Source of the DNA: a virus
Taxonomy: Duplodnaviria > Caudoviricetes
DNA: 64,000 bases
Direction: 5' to 3' (one strand)
IMG/VR virus record: IMGVR_UViG_2894272399_000002
Location: 1-64,000 of that record
A program made the position numbers and the translations under genes. The notes beneath the pieces were generated by a model. It was not told where the DNA came from and made no database searches. It saw nothing but the letters and a program-made list of their open reading frames with translations. Positions 19,501 to 26,764 of the stretch are shown in pieces (the first letter of the stretch is position 1; each line of letters starts with the position of its first letter).

Positions 19501-20655
19501 GATATCGACCTTGTCCGACTTCTCGATTTCACCATTGAGACGCTGCTGGGCCTTTTGGGCTTCCGTGGCAGTATCGCGGAACAGTGCAACCGCCGTCACC
19601 AAAGTAACCAGGGCCGTCGCAGCTATGACATAAGGATTGGCTTTGGTAACCAGATTGAAGAAAATCTGAGCATCAGCAGCCGAATGAATTGAAAGAGCGA
19701 GATCGCGGTACATTTTCGCTGCGGCGATAGCAGCTGGCAAGGCTTGAACAGCGGCAGTTGCGATAATAGCTGCGCGGTACGCACCATAGGTAGCGACGAT
19801 CGTCGTCAGAACATCCAACAGTGGTTCATAATTCTGAACTATCAGAGTGGCAAATTTGATTGAATCTCCCAATACTGCTTCTTGCGATTTCCCTATGTCG
19901 TTAAACATTATTTCAATCGCATCCTTTAACTGCGAAGTGAGGCCAGTGAGTGATTTGCTCTGTTTTTCCATTAAATTGAAAAACATCCCCCCTTCACCAG
20001 TCATGTTTTTAAACGCCTTTTCGACTTCCGGAAATCCTACTTTCCCTTGCTCAACAAACTCATTGACCTTATCGACATTCGTTCCAAGAACCTTAGCCAG
20101 CTCTGCATAAATTGGTATTCCTCGTCCAGCAAATTGTCTTATATCAACGGCATACGCTCGACCTTGCGACCTCAATGTTCCGTACAGATAGGTGAGATCA
20201 CCAATGGGAACGGAGATGCCTGCGGACACATCACCAAGCATCCGGAGTTCTTTGACAACATCTTGCGAGGCAGATCCATAGGCTAAAAGCTGTTTTGTTG
20301 CATTTGCCGCGTCTTTTAGTCCAAAAGGAGTTTGAGCCGCGAGTTGGACGACTTCCCCTAAAAGCTTATCGGCTTTAGCCTTGTTCCCCAACATAGTGGT
20401 AAAGGCAATTTCCAATTGCTGGAATTCGCCTCTGACCTGAATAAGCTTTTGGGGAAGTTGTGAAAGCTCAGTGAAAGCAAAATAACCGGCGGCGGCCCTA
20501 CCAAGCTTTGAAAATGTGTCGTCAATCTTTTGAGATTCCTTTACCGCTGTATTACTTAGGCCCTGAACATCCCGAATCATTTCATTGATCCCGGCACGAA
20601 ACTTGGCGTTTGCAAGGATGGCTTCGTAAGAGAGCGCCCCGTCGGTAGTATTCAT
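16504..20655 (-). CDS. Tail tape measure protein
   Basis: 1383 aa, helical; QTPF, KQLLAYG and DIRQFAGRGIPI tape-measure N-terminal motifs. Confidence 0.92.
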   Translation of the reverse strand: MNTTDGALSYEAILANAKFRAGINEMIRDVQGLSNTAVKESQKIDDTFSKLGRAAAGYFAFTELSQLPQKLIQVRGEFQQLEIAFTTMLGNKAKADKLLGEVVQLAAQTPFGLKDAANATKQLLAYGSASQDVVKELRMLGDVSAGISVPIGDLTYLYGTLRSQGRAYAVDIRQFAGRGIPIYAELAKVLGTNVDKVNEFVEQGKVGFPEVEKAFKNMTGEGGMFFNLMEKQSKSLTGLTSQLKDAIEIMFNDIGKSQEAVLGDSIKFATLIVQNYEPLLDVLTTIVATYGAYRAAIIATAAVQALPAAIAAAKMYRDLALSIHSAADAQIFFNLVTKANPYVIAATALVTLVTAVALFRDTATEAQKAQQRLNGEIEKSDKVDIQRKIKVDQLKKSIQDETKSQEERKQKLQELIALSPRHLSALTLENIATDESTKAIEATVRAMKERMVQQNLYDEKQKTRERIKELKSGSADKEFLPSVLEGTGLALAQSFSGGKVDLQKEADVITRRNREQAIKELEDYEKTLVQKSREGIEARRQQRQKAISDEKSDADQTVKFYTDSIKSLQEQQETASSNSEYKQLQKQIDALDAKRRAITGELTKEQQKYKKDADKIGPFGSISYWEEIARKAQEVIDKTPGSNTSVLSQQMQIKTEAEKKAEDIRKLYAVKSFEEEIALKKQQYELYQRWVDAYGKKAADEQFKNLVAGNESYLDYINSEIRKLQSLNDFTPLNQADSSKLDLLNTEKNRVTGKDSGIELFNKQLIEAEQSAGSLSEALDNLAAIQSGLGTPKTEDDFEKLKQVSEMRQSIKRELQLMLSDFLVEANANGAKVLQIEKRYLELKVLAQKNSSGDELEGQLKAIELKKNEELDAIKDVEFEQSDSYKKIYQQYLDYGRKQIKARIADIDEALKKEKLSIEERKKLELLLANTKRELNKDTSDGLKEAAGILDSILGDTSINISKSFSISFKQISAALNDISTLMDSSASTADQVGSIVGIITFAITSARDAMLKASDLATAMDAQVENYQNLANELEGINYLLERQRVLLDDLKGVDRAEGVLSLYDQYAKQQEDALTRLQQLTVDTIASQKEIFVDPVFNTKVENKGFGGFWTNLMTGGKAKTKIEYQFESVDTSGFQDIEDYINLLAEIKRGGGKLYGKEVVEADVKALEDLINTYNDAVAQQKELMNELKAYYTGTTEEGIVDSIVQGFIDGKRSAMDFAEDFEQMMLKAVQNSLKANLLDADMKAFYDKFSEYSLSDYTLTDAEIAELKALYNKIIEDGQKKFDQIEAVTGVDLNGNSGSAPKAQQGVITGASQESVNILEGQITAMRIIQADHLIVARSSLFELAAISKNTQELYAMRQDLAEIRRALNYDWLRSIGGG

Positions 20656-20840
20656 TATCGTTCTAGTGTGCCGTGGTAGTTCATTAATTGTTTCATCAGG
20701 CCCTCATGCGATAGCATCTTGCCCTTTTCCGAATCCGCCTCTTTATTCTTTTTGGATTTGTAGGTAGGAGCATCGATGAGCATTCTCTGGATGACTGCCC
20801 AAGGAATCTCCCACATCAATTCATGGTAAGTGATTTTCAT
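20655..20840 (-). CDS. Tail assembly chaperone, second (gpT-like) frame
   Basis: Between chaperone and tape measure; the -1 frame is open back to GGATTTT at 20975-20981. Confidence 0.65.
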   Translation of the reverse strand: MKITYHELMWEIPWAVIQRMLIDAPTYKSKKNKEADSEKGKMLSHEGLMKQLMNYHGTLER

Positions 20841-20878
20841 GTGGGTAAGGATAGAGCCGCGCGAACCGTAAGGACTGT

Positions 20879-21400
20879 TTAGTCCTCGATGTTCAGATCC
20901 TCCATCAGCTGCGTCTCCGGCATTTGAGGGGTCGTCGTCCTCCTCGCTGCGCTCAGGTATCTGATAGAGTTTATAAAATCCCCATAGTAGCTCATCTGAA
21001 GAATGATCAGCGTAAGTTTAAAGAGCATGCGCGAATTGATTCGCCAATAGAAGTAATCAGCCAGGAAAGGGAAGATAAACCGGAAGAGCGGGCTATTGCC
21101 AAGCACTGCGATTGCCACGATCCGCGCGCACCGTTTTGTATGCTTTTTGGTCAGGTTTTTAGCCTCTTTCAGATAGGGGTCTTTTTCAAGCAACTCCTCA
21201 TCCAGATCAAGCTTGATATATTCGTCCGAAAGCCTGTCCATGACTCCCAGGGGCGGGCTTTTAATGTGGAATTTGCGGAGTTTGGTTTTACTCAGTGAAC
21301 CCGTCCAGCGCTTGGGAACTTCAAAAAACATCCCGCGACTATTGAGAAGGTCAAGTTCTTTCTGTTCTGCTTCCCTGGGATCAAATGGCTGTTCTTCCAT
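20879..21400 (-). CDS. Tail assembly chaperone (gpG-like)
   Basis: Position between major tail and tape measure genes; contains a slippery GGATTTT. Confidence 0.7.
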   Translation of the reverse strand: MEEQPFDPREAEQKELDLLNSRGMFFEVPKRWTGSLSKTKLRKFHIKSPPLGVMDRLSDEYIKLDLDEELLEKDPYLKEAKNLTKKHTKRCARIVAIAVLGNSPLFRFIFPFLADYFYWRINSRMLFKLTLIILQMSYYGDFINSIRYLSAARRTTTPQMPETQLMEDLNIED

Positions 21401-21412
21401 AGTGTGTATTGA

Positions 21413-21440
21413 ATAAAAGCCTCAACTGGGAGGCTTTTAT
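21413..21440 (-). terminator. Terminator after the major tail gene
   Basis: ATAAAAGCCTC-n6-GAGGCTTTTAT. Confidence 0.7.
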
Positions 21441-21465
21441 GTCTGTTATGATGTGAATTACAGTA

Positions 21466-21972
21466 TTACGCGACTTTCGGCCCGAATTTCCATGGCCCTG
21501 TATTCGCTTTATCAGGCTTGAGAACCGAAAGCAAAAGCTGAGCAGTGAACAATCCGTCTTTCTGAAGATTGTAAGCAGCCTTTGCGGAGATCTGAACGCG
21601 AACGAAAGTGAGGTAAAATCCTTTTTTGGGAACAATACGAATTGACTTTTCAATGGTCTGCGCCTGCAAAGGTGCCTCCCAAACTTTGGCGTCTCCGGAA
21701 CCGGTTACGGCCCCACCGAAATAATCAACCATTTTATCAGGTGTCATATCCATGACGGACATGTTCAAAGTAAGCGCTCCCTGAGTCACATCCTTGTCGA
21801 GTGGTTGATCTGACTGGATGGACATAAAATCTTTTGTCGTCGGATCAGCCTGGGTCAATGATGCAGTTTCATCCGCATAAACCGCCCCGACTGTTTCCCA
21901 GACGGTTGCAACACCGCCATCTTCGGCTATATCGCCAAATTCGACATCACTGGTACCCCTGGTTACTGCCAT
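21466..21972 (-). CDS. Major tail protein
   Basis: 168 aa, synteny, beta-rich tube-like sequence, followed by a terminator. Confidence 0.75.
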   Translation of the reverse strand: MAVTRGTSDVEFGDIAEDGGVATVWETVGAVYADETASLTQADPTTKDFMSIQSDQPLDKDVTQGALTLNMSVMDMTPDKMVDYFGGAVTGSGDAKVWEAPLQAQTIEKSIRIVPKKGFYLTFVRVQISAKAAYNLQKDGLFTAQLLLSVLKPDKANTGPWKFGPKVA

Positions 21973-22019
21973 TGTCGTGTGTGTTTATTATTAGTGTGTG
22001 TGATTACCGGTTACCCGGC

Positions 22020-22424
22020 TTATGCATTATAAATCGTATGATCAATTCTGAAATTGATATAGTGTTGTCCTATATCCGGCTCTTGAAACACTCCCTGACC
22101 GGCAACCCAAAAATCATGATCATCAGTACTGAATTCTTTCAAGAGCTCAATAGCCAAATCGGAGAGAACCTTTATCCTTCCCGAGTCCTTGATATTGTGG
22201 TTCGAAGAGCCTGGAACGGAAACGTCCTTTACATAAATGTTGACATTAGCAACCGCTCTCTGAATTCCTCCTACCGTGATGGTCAGCGAATTGATGACAA
22301 TGTCCTCGAGTTCAGACCCTGCGGCCCTTTCTCCCATCCAAACCCCGCCATTACAAGCCAAATCCAGATCACTACCTTTGATATGTTCAAACAGAATGGA
22401 CTCAACATCGGAAGTGGTTCTCAT
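22020..22424 (-). CDS. Tail terminator / completion protein
   Basis: Synteny; EDIVINSL and NVNIYV motifs. Confidence 0.6.
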   Translation of the reverse strand: MRTTSDVESILFEHIKGSDLDLACNGGVWMGERAAGSELEDIVINSLTITVGGIQRAVANVNIYVKDVSVPGSSNHNIKDSGRIKVLSDLAIELLKEFSTDDHDFWVAGQGVFQEPDIGQHYINFRIDHTIYNA

Positions 22425-22927
22425 GTCATTCGGTTAATATTGGCCTTCAACTGCGAAACCATTCGAGGCAAATGTTCTTTGGCGTAAAGCTCTGAGCTCG
22501 TCAGAACGTCCTTGCCTTTCGATTCGACCGCCGCAGCGTAATTCATTCCTGCAACGACGATCAGCACGTAACCTCTGGGATATCCTTTTGCCAGACTTTC
22601 CGCGAAGCTTTTCCCGGTTTGTACCCCGTCGGCAGATCCTTTGGTCGTCTTTGTTTTTCCAGCCTTGGTTGTGCTGGTCACTGATGCCGACCGTTTGAAA
22701 TCCCCTTTTATGATCACCCCGTCTTTCAACAGGACATAACCAATCGAATTTCTAAGGTTTCCCGTTTGGTCTTTGTAAGTATCCAGTGAGCGGGCAACGT
22801 TGACACATTGTTCTCCCAGGTACTGCAGCCGGTTTACAATCGCTTTGTCGATCCTTGCCATCCGGTCCTCCAAGGACTTTCGGATATCGCCGATCTTGAA
22901 AGTTGGTCTTAGGCCCATATCCTGCAA
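22421..22927 (-). CDS. HK97 gp10-like neck protein
   Basis: DQTGNLRNSIGY and AGMNYAAAVE motifs. Confidence 0.75.
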   Translation of the reverse strand: MQDMGLRPTFKIGDIRKSLEDRMARIDKAIVNRLQYLGEQCVNVARSLDTYKDQTGNLRNSIGYVLLKDGVIIKGDFKRSASVTSTTKAGKTKTTKGSADGVQTGKSFAESLAKGYPRGYVLIVVAGMNYAAAVESKGKDVLTSSELYAKEHLPRMVSQLKANINRMT

Positions 22928-23223
22928 TTGAAAAGACCTTCTGAAAACAATTTAACCGTACCTTTCAACCTGACCTCTGCCCCATTTCTGACCTCGATTG
23001 TATCCCCGTTATTGAGCTTTGGACAGTTCTTTGGCGTGTAAATGATCGATGAATAGTCATAGAAACTACCGTCGTTCAGATCATGCTTTGTACCGTTTTC
23101 AGTCTCATCCCGGCAAGCCGAAACGTTGATCCATGAATCAGTGCCTGGTATGATATGCCCATGCGCATTCTGATAGCCGCCTTCGGTCGTCTTTACGAAA
23201 AGCTGATATGGATACTGGGGCAT
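22909..23223 (-). CDS. Head-closure protein (putative)
   Basis: Synteny and size. Confidence 0.55.
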   Translation of the reverse strand: MPQYPYQLFVKTTEGGYQNAHGHIIPGTDSWINVSACRDETENGTKHDLNDGSFYDYSSIIYTPKNCPKLNNGDTIEVRNGAEVRLKGTVKLFSEGLFNCRIWA

Positions 23224-23552
23224 TACCATCGGTTACTGACGTTTTTAAGCGTTGGCTTTGGAAAGTGCTGCTCGATAAGCTGAGCGCAGCCGCTTTGTTT
23301 TACCAAAAGACCGATAGCGCCGGACGAAACCGGATCTGAGTACTCAATACTGTAATTGCCCTCCGAAACCCTTTTTACGCTTTGTGCGGTTTGGATTTCA
23401 GATATCACCAAGCCATAAATCGCGCAGTTGTTTGCTGGATTGTAATCTTGATCAAGATCGATCCCGGCAAGCTCGGCGGCAATGGCTAAACGTTCATCAG
23501 AAACGCTCGCATTGCTGCCGATCAAATGCTTTATGGCTTGGAGGTTGGTCAT
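23223..23552 (-). CDS. Head-tail connector (putative)
   Basis: Synteny; VSEGNYSIEY motif. Confidence 0.6.
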   Translation of the reverse strand: MTNLQAIKHLIGSNASVSDERLAIAAELAGIDLDQDYNPANNCAIYGLVISEIQTAQSVKRVSEGNYSIEYSDPVSSGAIGLLVKQSGCAQLIEQHFPKPTLKNVSNRW

Positions 23553-23881
23553 TACTGTTTCTGATTTTCAGCAGCAGCTTTCGCTTCCTGTTCAGCTTTC
23601 AGTTTTGCAGCGGCATCGGCCTCTTGCGCGGCCTTCTCAGCAGCAGCTTTCGCAGCATCGTCAGTAGGCTCTGATTTTGGTTTAACGGTCTTCTTTGGCG
23701 CCTCAATCAAGCCACGGCTCACAAGGCTTTCGAGCAATGCTTCGTCAAAATGACTCACATCATCACCTTCTTCATAAGCCTTCTCAAAGTTGTCCCTGTC
23801 GCGAAACGGAGACAAAACCAGGTACCCGGATGAGACTTCCTGAGCCTCATCCGGGGTTTTGGTGGTGTTTTTCTTAGCCAT
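23552..23881 (-). CDS. Small head-associated protein with Ala/Lys/Glu-rich tail
   Basis: Follows the capsid gene; VLSPFRD...Y..GD...L..RGLI pattern. Confidence 0.55.
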   Translation of the reverse strand: MAKKNTTKTPDEAQEVSSGYLVLSPFRDRDNFEKAYEEGDDVSHFDEALLESLVSRGLIEAPKKTVKPKSEPTDDAAKAAAEKAAQEADAAAKLKAEQEAKAAAENQKQ

Positions 23882-24969
23882 TATGCTTGAACTGTTTTAG
23901 AATCCAAAAGGTAGATCTGGTCTACGTTGGTCAGAACCGGCAGGGCCATCGCTTGTGAAGTGGTAAATTCCGCGAGTGAAGGCTGGTTGGTGCGATATTT
24001 CGATACCAAAACAAACTCATCGGCAACCTGATATTCTACACCAGCTACCGGAGCGTCAATTTCGGCTAGAGTCGTCCATGTAAGTGTTCCTACAGTTTCA
24101 CCGGGCAAGAAGGCTACTTGTCCATCAACCCATGGTTTATAGTTGCTTCGAACCCCATTTCTTTCGATCCGGATAGTCCTATCAACAACCTCTACCGTGA
24201 ATTGGTATTTCTTGCGAAGCACTGTATTTAATTGATCAATGTCAGGTGCAAAAAGTGTAGTTCCTGATGGTTGGTTTATTGAATTCGCGTATGCTTCTTT
24301 AACCTGAGTGGTAGCAACAAGGTTGTCAAATGCCGTGTTGTCGAGCATCACTTTTCCAATTGCATTCCCATCCCCGCTCACTTTCTTCCGTAGCCTTTGA
24401 ATGTCGTCTAACGGAGTCGCCGAAGCGGCGTTTGACCATACTACAGCTACACCAAATTTATTCGCTGATGGAATACCATAATCAACCCGAATTCCAGCAC
24501 CGACATTCTCCATATCTTCGATAACGGTCATTCCTGAGGAGATTGCCTCAAGTAAGTTGCCTTCAAGCCTCTCAGATACCCCGGCAATGCATCGTGGTGT
24601 GTCAGCAAATAGCTTCTTAAGCAATTGCGGAATTGTGCTGTTTTGCAATCTCAATATTTGCAACTGCTTTAATTGACTTTCATTCAAAGCAAGCCTCATA
24701 CCGATTTTTGGAATATCTCCACTAGCTTTACTTACGACGTCGCGCATTTTTAATGGCAATGGCGAATCCATTGCAACAATATCAGCGGCCACGATTGAGC
24801 TTGCGGCGGAAATGGACTCCCATTTGCCCGTAGCAGAAAAATCACGCGTCAGCATCGTACGATAGCGATACGTCAAAGGATTTTTCGTGTTATTTAGCGT
24901 TTCTACATAAGCCGCAACTAATGGGCCAAAATTGCGCTTGATATACTCGATGAACTGTGACTGTTCCAT
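23881..24969 (-). CDS. Major capsid protein (gpE-like family)
   Basis: 362 aa; ADIVAMDSPLPLK, GDIPKIG and C-terminal QAMALPVL. Confidence 0.85.
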   Translation of the reverse strand: MEQSQFIEYIKRNFGPLVAAYVETLNNTKNPLTYRYRTMLTRDFSATGKWESISAASSIVAADIVAMDSPLPLKMRDVVSKASGDIPKIGMRLALNESQLKQLQILRLQNSTIPQLLKKLFADTPRCIAGVSERLEGNLLEAISSGMTVIEDMENVGAGIRVDYGIPSANKFGVAVVWSNAASATPLDDIQRLRKKVSGDGNAIGKVMLDNTAFDNLVATTQVKEAYANSINQPSGTTLFAPDIDQLNTVLRKKYQFTVEVVDRTIRIERNGVRSNYKPWVDGQVAFLPGETVGTLTWTTLAEIDAPVAGVEYQVADEFVLVSKYRTNQPSLAEFTTSQAMALPVLTNVDQIYLLDSKTVQA

Positions 24970-25006
24970 TTTCTAGTGTGTGTTTCAAATGTTATTTAAT
25001 GGAAGC

Positions 25007-25405
25007 TTAGTCTGCCCTCCAAGTGATCGTCGGAACTGCCGTCTTGAATGCCGACAAAATAGACGTCATCGAAAATGGAGTTGCTTCGGGGTTGACCGTA
25101 CCATTAGTAAGGATGCCTGCCATGGGGAGAGACTTCAAGACCGATGCCCTTAATACACCAACATAGACGTGGTTTGCCGGCAAAGAGCCATAGACAGTGT
25201 CATTGGTAGTAAGAGGCATAGGTTTAAAATCTTTCGAAACCGTGTCTTGAATTATGACATGTCCAGCATAGATTACTGCCGGGCCAAAGCCAGTTACATC
25301 CAGAGATCGGCCTCCCTCGATGCCATCAAGAGCAAGCTTGATAACCACCGATTCTTTACCAGTATTAATTTGAACACTGGCGCCATTCAGAGTTGTTGTA
25401 GCCAT
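25007..25405 (-). CDS. Head decoration protein (putative)
   Basis: 132 aa between scaffold and capsid; beta-rich. Confidence 0.6.
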   Translation of the reverse strand: MATTTLNGASVQINTGKESVVIKLALDGIEGGRSLDVTGFGPAVIYAGHVIIQDTVSKDFKPMPLTTNDTVYGSLPANHVYVGVLRASVLKSLPMAGILTNGTVNPEATPFSMTSILSAFKTAVPTITWRAD

Positions 25406-25412
25406 TTTTTTA

Positions 25413-26105
25413 TTATGGAAGTATGCTTTTTAACAATGCAGATGCTTCCTCCTTGGAAGCCTCCTTTCCGGCCGCGCCACCTGTCGGAGTGTATGGCCTT
25501 TGAGATTGACCCAAACCCTGATCATTAATGGACTGGGAAATTTCAGCTAAATCAGCCTCGGTTTCAGTGATGTAAGTGTCAAAGTCTTCATCCTTTTCGA
25601 ATGAGATCCGTCCAAAGTCTTTCAGGATCTTCGCTTTGATCTTTTCAGGAGCGTCCTTAATTTTTGATTCAAGAATTTGTTTCCTTGACTCGGAAGTTTT
25701 GCCGGATTCGATGGCTGTTAGCTTGTCAGAGAGTTTTTTATTTTCCTCAGCTTGCGCTTTCTGGCTCTCAATCAAAGCTTTTGCCCACTCTGGCACCTCG
25801 TCTGAATCTTTTTTTGTAGTCTTTTTGGCGGTTTCGGATTCGACCCCGTCAGATTTCGCTTTTTCAGCGGCTGTTTTGTCTTCTTCCTCTTTATCCTTTT
25901 TAGCTTTTTCAGCAGCGGCGATGCGAGCATCGATTTCGGATTGGAAAACTTTCAATATCGGACCGACCCCGTCAACAGCTTCTTCGATTTCGGTTTCTTC
26001 TTTTACGCTTTTCTCTAAATAGTCGAGAACCGCATTGATGGCTTTTTGGCTGTACCCAAGCGATTTATACTTGTTTACGAGAACCACTTTGATTTTTTCT
26101 TTCAT
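25413..26105 (-). CDS. Capsid scaffolding protein
   Basis: Charged coiled coil, FQSEID and VPEWAK motifs; start ATG 26105. Confidence 0.7.
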   Translation of the reverse strand: MKEKIKVVLVNKYKSLGYSQKAINAVLDYLEKSVKEETEIEEAVDGVGPILKVFQSEIDARIAAAEKAKKDKEEEDKTAAEKAKSDGVESETAKKTTKKDSDEVPEWAKALIESQKAQAEENKKLSDKLTAIESGKTSESRKQILESKIKDAPEKIKAKILKDFGRISFEKDEDFDTYITETEADLAEISQSINDQGLGQSQRPYTPTGGAAGKEASKEEASALLKSILP

Positions 26106-26143
26106 GAAAACCTCATGTGTGTATAGCGTGTGTGTTGAATGCA

Positions 26144-26286
26144 CAAATATAAAAATAAATATATTCTAAAAACAAATGTATTTAAATCATTAAAGAAAAT
26201 ATTTTATTGTCATTTGATGACATTAAAGAATAATATTAAAATGAATATCAATTTATATATGTTTTATTTCAGAATGTATATATTTG
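26144..26286. promoter_or_regulatory. Divergent late promoters with operators
   Basis: TATATTTG on minus (26144-26151) and plus (26279-26286); palindromic boxes at 26161-26179 and 26259-26277. Confidence 0.7.
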
Positions 26287-26313
26287 CATAATAACACACA
26301 CTAAGAGAAGGTA

Positions 26314-26763
26314 ATGCGATTGATCAGCACAGTGCTCACACTACTGTTAATGTTGTCAACCCTGGGATCACTTCAGGCGCAGACTACATTCACCATTACC
26401 ATCCCTCAGGACGTAGCCACTAAAGAGTGGGTTCAGGATTACGTCAAAAAGAAGATTGATAGCCTGAACGCTATTCAGCATGCCCCATTCCCGCCCTGCA
26501 CTCAAGGCCCCGAGATACGCGAGATAATAACTGCATCGAAAGACTACCTAACCGTAAAATTCCACGGTGTGAATGTCACCTCGCTGGACTACATCATTTT
26601 CAATAACGCCCAAATCAGAACGGGGCGATTAAAGCCTGAGTCAAGCACAATCAAATTCAGCTTTAAAGAACTTCCAACCGGGACGTATTCACTGACCCTG
26701 AGCGGCGGAATGTGCACAGGTTCAGACACAAAGACATTTAAGATTAAGAACAACACACTATAA
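26314..26763 (+). CDS. Secreted protein with one Cys-bounded Ig-like domain
   Basis: Signal peptide LQA|Q; ATKEWVQDY motif; C..GP.I...GTY.L.L.G..C domain. Confidence 0.75.
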   Translation: MRLISTVLTLLLMLSTLGSLQAQTTFTITIPQDVATKEWVQDYVKKKIDSLNAIQHAPFPPCTQGPEIREIITASKDYLTVKFHGVNVTSLDYIIFNNAQIRTGRLKPESSTIKFSFKELPTGTYSLTLSGGMCTGSDTKTFKIKNNTL

Positions 26764-26764
26764 A

